DNA of 64,000 nucleotides from Candidatus Poribacteria bacterium (GTDB lineage Bacteria; Poribacteria; WGA-4E; WGA-3G): NCBI GenBank assembly GCA_965214045.1, contig OZ243935.1, positions 4,354,799 to 4,418,798 of the forward strand, read 5' to 3'. Shown piece by piece: positions 59,968 to 64,000 of this stretch (position 1 is its first letter; each line of letters starts with the position of its first letter). The notes under the pieces were generated by a model. It saw only the letters and a program-made list of their open reading frames with translations, ran no database searches and was not told where the DNA came from. The position numbers and the translations under genes were made by a program.

Positions 59968-60078
59968 GTAGAGCAAGTTTTCGGTTGGCAAGCTGCACCG
60001 ACTTTTGTAGAGCAAGTTTTCGGTTGGCAAGCTGCACCGACTTTTGTAGAGCAAGTTTTCGGTTGGCAAGCTGCACCG
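59962..60078 (+). repeat. 3 x 39-bp tandem direct repeat (ACTTTTGTAGAGCAAGTTTTCGGTTGGCAAGCTGCACCG) between the leader terminator and ilvB
   Basis: Copies 2 and 3 are perfect. Copy 1 has one mismatch. Confidence 0.9.
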
Positions 60079-60133
60079 AAAAATTTAACGACTCCCGTAG
60101 GGACGACCCCTACAACTTATGAGGAAAATTGGC

Positions 60134-61810
60134 ATGGAACTTTCAGGAGCGCAAATCCTTGTTGACAGTCTCAAACGGGAAGGTGTCGAATATATCTTCG
60201 GTGTGAACGGTGGCGCGGCGATGCCGATTTTCGATGCCCTGTACGGTGAGACCGAAATCAAATTGATTCCGATGCGGCATGAACAAGGGGCTTCCCACGC
60301 CGCTGATGGCTACGCACGCGTCACTGGAGACGTCGGAGTTGCACTCGCAACCTCAGGTCCCGGTGCAACCAATCTCGTCACCGGTATTGCAACTGCCTAT
60401 ATGGATTCGATTCCAATGGTCGCGATCACTGGACAGGTGTTCACCCACTATATCGGCAGCGATGCTTTCCAAGAATGCGATATTATCGGTGTAACGCGTC
60501 CGGTCTGTAAGCATAGTTATCTCATCAAAAATAGCGACGAGATCGCAGATGTCGTTGCTGAAGCGTTTCACATCGCGACGACGGGGAAACCCGGTCCTGT
60601 AGTTATTGACATCGCTAAAGATGCCCAGATGCATGAAGCACTGTTTCAATATCCAGAGACAGTTGACATTCGTAGCTACAAACCACAAGTTCATGGGGAT
60701 CCGGCGCAGATCGCGAAGGCAGCGGCATTGATTAAGGAAGCAAAACGCCCCATGCTTTATGCCGGTGGTGGTGTTGTACTTGCCAATGCCAGCGAGGAAC
60801 TGCGACAACTTACGCTCAAAACCCAGATTCCGATTACCGTTACATTGATGGGACTCGGAGCATTTCCCGAAACACATCCTTTAGCGATGGAGATGCCCGG
60901 AATGCATGGATCTTGTTGCGCAAACTACGCTTTTACCGATGCAGACCTTGTTATTGCTATCGGTGCAAGGTTCGATGACCGCGTTACGGGTGATCTCAGT
61001 AAATTCGCACCGAACGCCAAAAAAGTACACATCGATATTGACGCGTCCTGTATCGGAAAAAATGTCCCGGTAGATGTCCCTATCGTTGGTGATGCGAAGA
61101 GTGTTCTCACTGAACTGAACAAACAGGTCGGCATAGCGGACATTGATCCGTGGCGCAACCAGATTCAGGAGTGGAAACGGAAGTACCCATTTGAATATGA
61201 GCAAAAAGCCGATAAAGTGATGCCACAATACGTCATTGAGCAGATTTATGAACATTTCAGCGATGCGATCGTCGTCGCGGACGTCGGACAGCACCAGATG
61301 TGGGCGGCGCAATACTTCAAATTTACCGAACCTCGGCAGTGGCTCAACTCCGGTGGTCTCGGTACGATGGGCTTCAGTCTCCCAGCCGCAATCGGCGCGC
61401 AACTTGGATGCCCAGACAAAACCGTCGTCAACATCAACGGCGATGGCTCCTATATCATGACGATCCAAGAATTGGTGCCAGCGGTTACCATGAAGTTGCC
61501 GCTAAAGATTTTCATCATCAACAACATGTATTTGGGAATGGTCCGCCAATGGCAGGAACTGTTCCACGGCAAACGCTATTCCGCTGTCGATTACCACGAC
61601 AATCCCGATTTCGCCTTACTTGCCCAAGCATTCGGTGCCACAGGTCTACGGGTTGAACACACTGAAGATGTTGCGCCCGCACTACAGAAGGCAAAAGGAA
61701 TTACCGACGGTCCCGTCGTCATTGACTTCATTGTTGATGAGGAAGAGAATGTGTTCCCGATGGTTCCAGCGGGAGCTGGACTCGGAGATGTTATCCGCGG
61801 ATTATCTTAA
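60134..61810 (+). CDS. ilvB: acetolactate synthase large subunit
   Basis: ATG at 60134 follows GAGGAAAA. It is a ThDP enzyme with GDG...N motifs. The alternative ATG at 60119 lacks an SD. Confidence 0.9.
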   Translation: MELSGAQILVDSLKREGVEYIFGVNGGAAMPIFDALYGETEIKLIPMRHEQGASHAADGYARVTGDVGVALATSGPGATNLVTGIATAYMDSIPMVAITGQVFTHYIGSDAFQECDIIGVTRPVCKHSYLIKNSDEIADVVAEAFHIATTGKPGPVVIDIAKDAQMHEALFQYPETVDIRSYKPQVHGDPAQIAKAAALIKEAKRPMLYAGGGVVLANASEELRQLTLKTQIPITVTLMGLGAFPETHPLAMEMPGMHGSCCANYAFTDADLVIAIGARFDDRVTGDLSKFAPNAKKVHIDIDASCIGKNVPVDVPIVGDAKSVLTELNKQVGIADIDPWRNQIQEWKRKYPFEYEQKADKVMPQYVIEQIYEHFSDAIVVADVGQHQMWAAQYFKFTEPRQWLNSGGLGTMGFSLPAAIGAQLGCPDKTVVNINGDGSYIMTIQELVPAVTMKLPLKIFIINNMYLGMVRQWQELFHGKRYSAVDYHDNPDFALLAQAFGATGLRVEHTEDVAPALQKAKGITDGPVVIDFIVDEEENVFPMVPAGAGLGDVIRGLS

Positions 61811-61834
61811 CCGACAACTAGCAACTATAAAAAA

Positions 61835-62332
61835 ATGAATCCAGAAGAACGACACATTTTTTCCGTTTTGGTCGAAAACCGATTTGGGGTCCTCGCACGT
61901 GTGGCAGGACTTTTTAGCGGGCGCGGCTTTAATATCGACAGTCTCAACGTCGCCGAGACGCATGACAAGAGCATTTCACAGATAACCCTTGTCACGCATG
62001 GTGATGCCCAAATTATTGAACAGATTTACCATCATCTCAATAGACTCATTGACGTTATTGAGGTAACAGATCTTTCCACCGACACCCACGTTGAACGAGA
62101 ACTCGTCCTTATCAAGATTGCTACCGATGATCCTCAAAAACGCACCGAGATTCTACAAGTCGCGGAAGTTTTCCGCGGGCGGGTCATAGATATGAAACCT
62201 GCCTCACTTGTCCTTGAAATCACAGGGGATGAGGGTAAATTGAAAGCGGCGATTGACATTTTCAATACGTACGGCATCCTTGAGTTAGCACGCACCGGCA
62301 AAATAGCGATGTTACGCGGCTCCGAATCTTAA
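61835..62332 (+). CDS. ilvN: acetolactate synthase small (regulatory) subunit
   Basis: ACT domain: ILSVLVENRFGVLARVAGLFSGRGFNI. Confidence 0.85.
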   Translation: MNPEERHIFSVLVENRFGVLARVAGLFSGRGFNIDSLNVAETHDKSISQITLVTHGDAQIIEQIYHHLNRLIDVIEVTDLSTDTHVERELVLIKIATDDPQKRTEILQVAEVFRGRVIDMKPASLVLEITGDEGKLKAAIDIFNTYGILELARTGKIAMLRGSES

Positions 62333-62584
62333 TTTATGACCTCTGGGCTGCGCTCCATTCTATTACGCGCAGGTTCCTGGTTAAGAACAAACCCCTAAAC
62401 TCAAATTGTAGCCTGCAACAACGGCGCAGGCGGATATACGGAAAGGAACCCGTTATTCTTCAAAACCCACCTGACCGAACCGCAAGGAAACATTAAAAAC
62501 CTGCAACAACGGCGCAGGCGGATATACGGAAGGAAACGGTCCTACTCAAACCTTCCGAAACGAACCGCAAGGAAAATTAGAAAA
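62333..62584 (+). repeat. mosaic interspersed repeat copy, longest (E, B, C, B, C) between ilvN and ilvC
   Basis: An internal 35-bp direct repeat CCTGCAACAACGGCGCAGGCGGATATACGGAA(A)GGAA(C) occurs twice. ACCGAACCGCAAGGAAA occurs twice. The copy ends in ...AATTAGAAAAATG at the ilvC start. Confidence 0.7.
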
Positions 62585-63577
62585 ATGGCAACAATTTATT
62601 ACGATAGTGATGCTAATTTTGATTTATTGAAAGAACGCACCGTCGCTGTCGTCGGTTATGGCGCGCAAGGACGCGCACAATCCCTAAACCTCAAAGACAG
62701 CGGGGCAAACGTTGTCGTCGGCTTATACGATGGCAGTCGCTCAAAAGAAAGAGCGGAAGCCGAAGGCTTGACCGTCAAAACCGTTGAAGAAGCCACAGCC
62801 ATGGCAGACATTGTTCAGGTTCTCATACCTGATGAACGACATGCGGCTGTGTACCGTGACCAGATCGCACCGAATATGCAGTCGGGAAACATGCTCCTCG
62901 TATCACACGGGTTCAGCGTCCATTTCGGACAAGTTGTGCCTGCCAGTGATATCGATGTTGCCATGATTGCACCGAAGGGACCAGGATCTCTCGTTCGCGA
63001 GGTATTTGAAGGTGGTGGCGGCGTGCCGTGCCTCATCGCTATACATCAAGATACCACGGGACTCGCGCGCGATGTCGCACTTGCTTATGCGAGAGGCATC
63101 GGTGGCACCCGTGCTGGTGTCATTGAAACCACATTCCGAGAGGAAACCGAAACCGATCTATTCGGTGAGCAAGCTGTGCTGTGTGGTGGAACGGCTGCCC
63201 TCATCAAAGCCGCTTTCGATACGCTTGTCGAAGCGGGTTACCAACCTGAGATGGCTTACTTTGAATGTCTACACGAACTCAAGTTGATTGTGGACCTGAT
63301 TTATACGGGTGGATTGAGCAAGATGCGCAATGATGTCAGCAATACCGCCGAATATGGCGATCTGACACGCGGTCCTCAACTTATCGATGACAGCGTCCGG
63401 GATAAAATGCGCCAGATACTGAAGGACGTTCAGGGTGGTGTCTTCGCACGAGAGTGGGTCTTGGAAAATGAAGCGAACCAACCCGTACTCGGTGCCCTTC
63501 GTCGGCAGGAAGAGGAATTGGAAATCGAAGAAGTCGGTAAAAATCTGCGTAGCATGATGAGTTGGCTTGACGAATAA
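62585..63577 (+). CDS. ilvC: ketol-acid reductoisomerase
   Basis: [21 protein letters not shown] is the Rossmann motif. It is IlvC class I throughout. Confidence 0.9.
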   Translation: MATIYYDSDANFDLLKERTVAVVGYGAQGRAQSLNLKDSGANVVVGLYDGSRSKERAEAEGLTVKTVEEATAMADIVQVLIPDERHAAVYRDQIAPNMQSGNMLLVSHGFSVHFGQVVPASDIDVAMIAPKGPGSLVREVFEGGGGVPCLIAIHQDTTGLARDVALAYARGIGGTRAGVIETTFREETETDLFGEQAVLCGGTAALIKAAFDTLVEAGYQPEMAYFECLHELKLIVDLIYTGGLSKMRNDVSNTAEYGDLTRGPQLIDDSVRDKMRQILKDVQGGVFAREWVLENEANQPVLGALRRQEEELEIEEVGKNLRSMMSWLDE

Positions 63578-63707
63578 AAAATCTTTTCCCCAAACAAGGT
63601 AGGTGCGGTTTGCAACCGCACCGAACGCAAAAACCCTATATTTCGCTGATAAAACTTCCAATCCGGTCACTGTAGCGACTTCTTTTCACATTTTCTGCTC
63701 CGTCTCT

Positions 63708-64000
63708 ATGAATTTATCTGACAAGACAGATACTTTCTTAATCCGAGAGTGCCATCCAGAAGAGGCAGAAGCACTTCTTACATTGTGGCAAGCTGCTGGA
63801 ACATCTCCGAGCATCACAGATACTATCGCAGATATCCAAAGGGCAATAGAAAGCCTTGCGTCGGTACTGGTTGCTGAGGCAGATCGACGTATCGTCGGCT
63901 CCTTAATCGCTACTTTCGATGGGTGGCGAGGGAATATGTATCGGCTCGCAGTTCATCCTGACTACCGACGGCGTGGTATTGGACGCGCCTTAGTCGAGGA
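63708..64000 (+). CDS. GNAT-family N-acetyltransferase, 3' end outside the window
   Basis: Translation from ATG 63708 reads ...LIATFDGWRGNMYRLAVHPDYRRRGIGRALVE, i.e. GNAT motif A R-x-x-G-x-G/A. It runs off the window. Confidence 0.5.
   Translation, partial: MNLSDKTDTFLIRECHPEEAEALLTLWQAAGTSPSITDTIADIQRAIESLASVLVAEADRRIVGSLIATFDGWRGNMYRLAVHPDYRRRGIGRALVE

Noticed and set aside
59705-60076. 123-aa minus-strand ORF with repeated LANRKLALQKSVQ
   Set aside because: It is a translation artefact of the 39-bp tandem repeat and the T-box leader. It has no RBS and sits antisense to a structured leader.
59962-60078. CRISPR array
   Set aside because: The three 39-bp units are directly adjacent with no intervening unique spacers, so this is a tandem repeat, not repeat-spacer architecture. 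No cas genes are nearby.

Overview
This 64 kb window is a gene-dense stretch of a bacterial chromosome, about 50% GC, with most genes on the + strand. I can support roughly 50 coding sequences and a partial GNAT gene at the right edge.

Core metabolism and information-processing genes, left to right, are accA, glyA, folC, a membrane H+-pyrophosphatase, ilvD, tmk, holB, metG, sodA and ilvB-ilvN-ilvC. There is also an enoyl-CoA hydratase plus thiolase pair.

The accessory content is larger. It includes two gamma-glutamyltransferases, a Cys-type sulfatase, a DUF1549/DUF1553 protein and a DUF6807(PmoA-like)–Gfo/Idh/MocA pair. It also includes a selenium-binding-protein (SBP56) homologue, a secreted S1/P1-type nuclease, and many secreted beta-propeller, LamG-like, LRR and dockerin proteins. 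Further items are an ANT(2'')-like nucleotidyltransferase beside a decayed DUF433/DUF5615 toxin-antitoxin remnant, and an AddB-like helicase-nuclease with no AddA partner. This gene content resembles Planctomycetota-like or related candidate-phylum genomes; that is inference only.

Non-coding structure is prominent.
- A family of modular, hairpin-containing interspersed repeats (BIME-like mosaics) sits in at least eight 5' intergenic regions. In murQ and tmk one module is read through as N-terminal coding sequence.
- A T-box-like leader with an intrinsic terminator lies upstream of ilvB. It is followed by three perfect 39-bp tandem repeats.
- Several promoters match the sigma70 consensus with exactly 17-bp spacers.
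- There are a few long perfect palindromes.

No rRNA, tRNA or CRISPR array was recognised.
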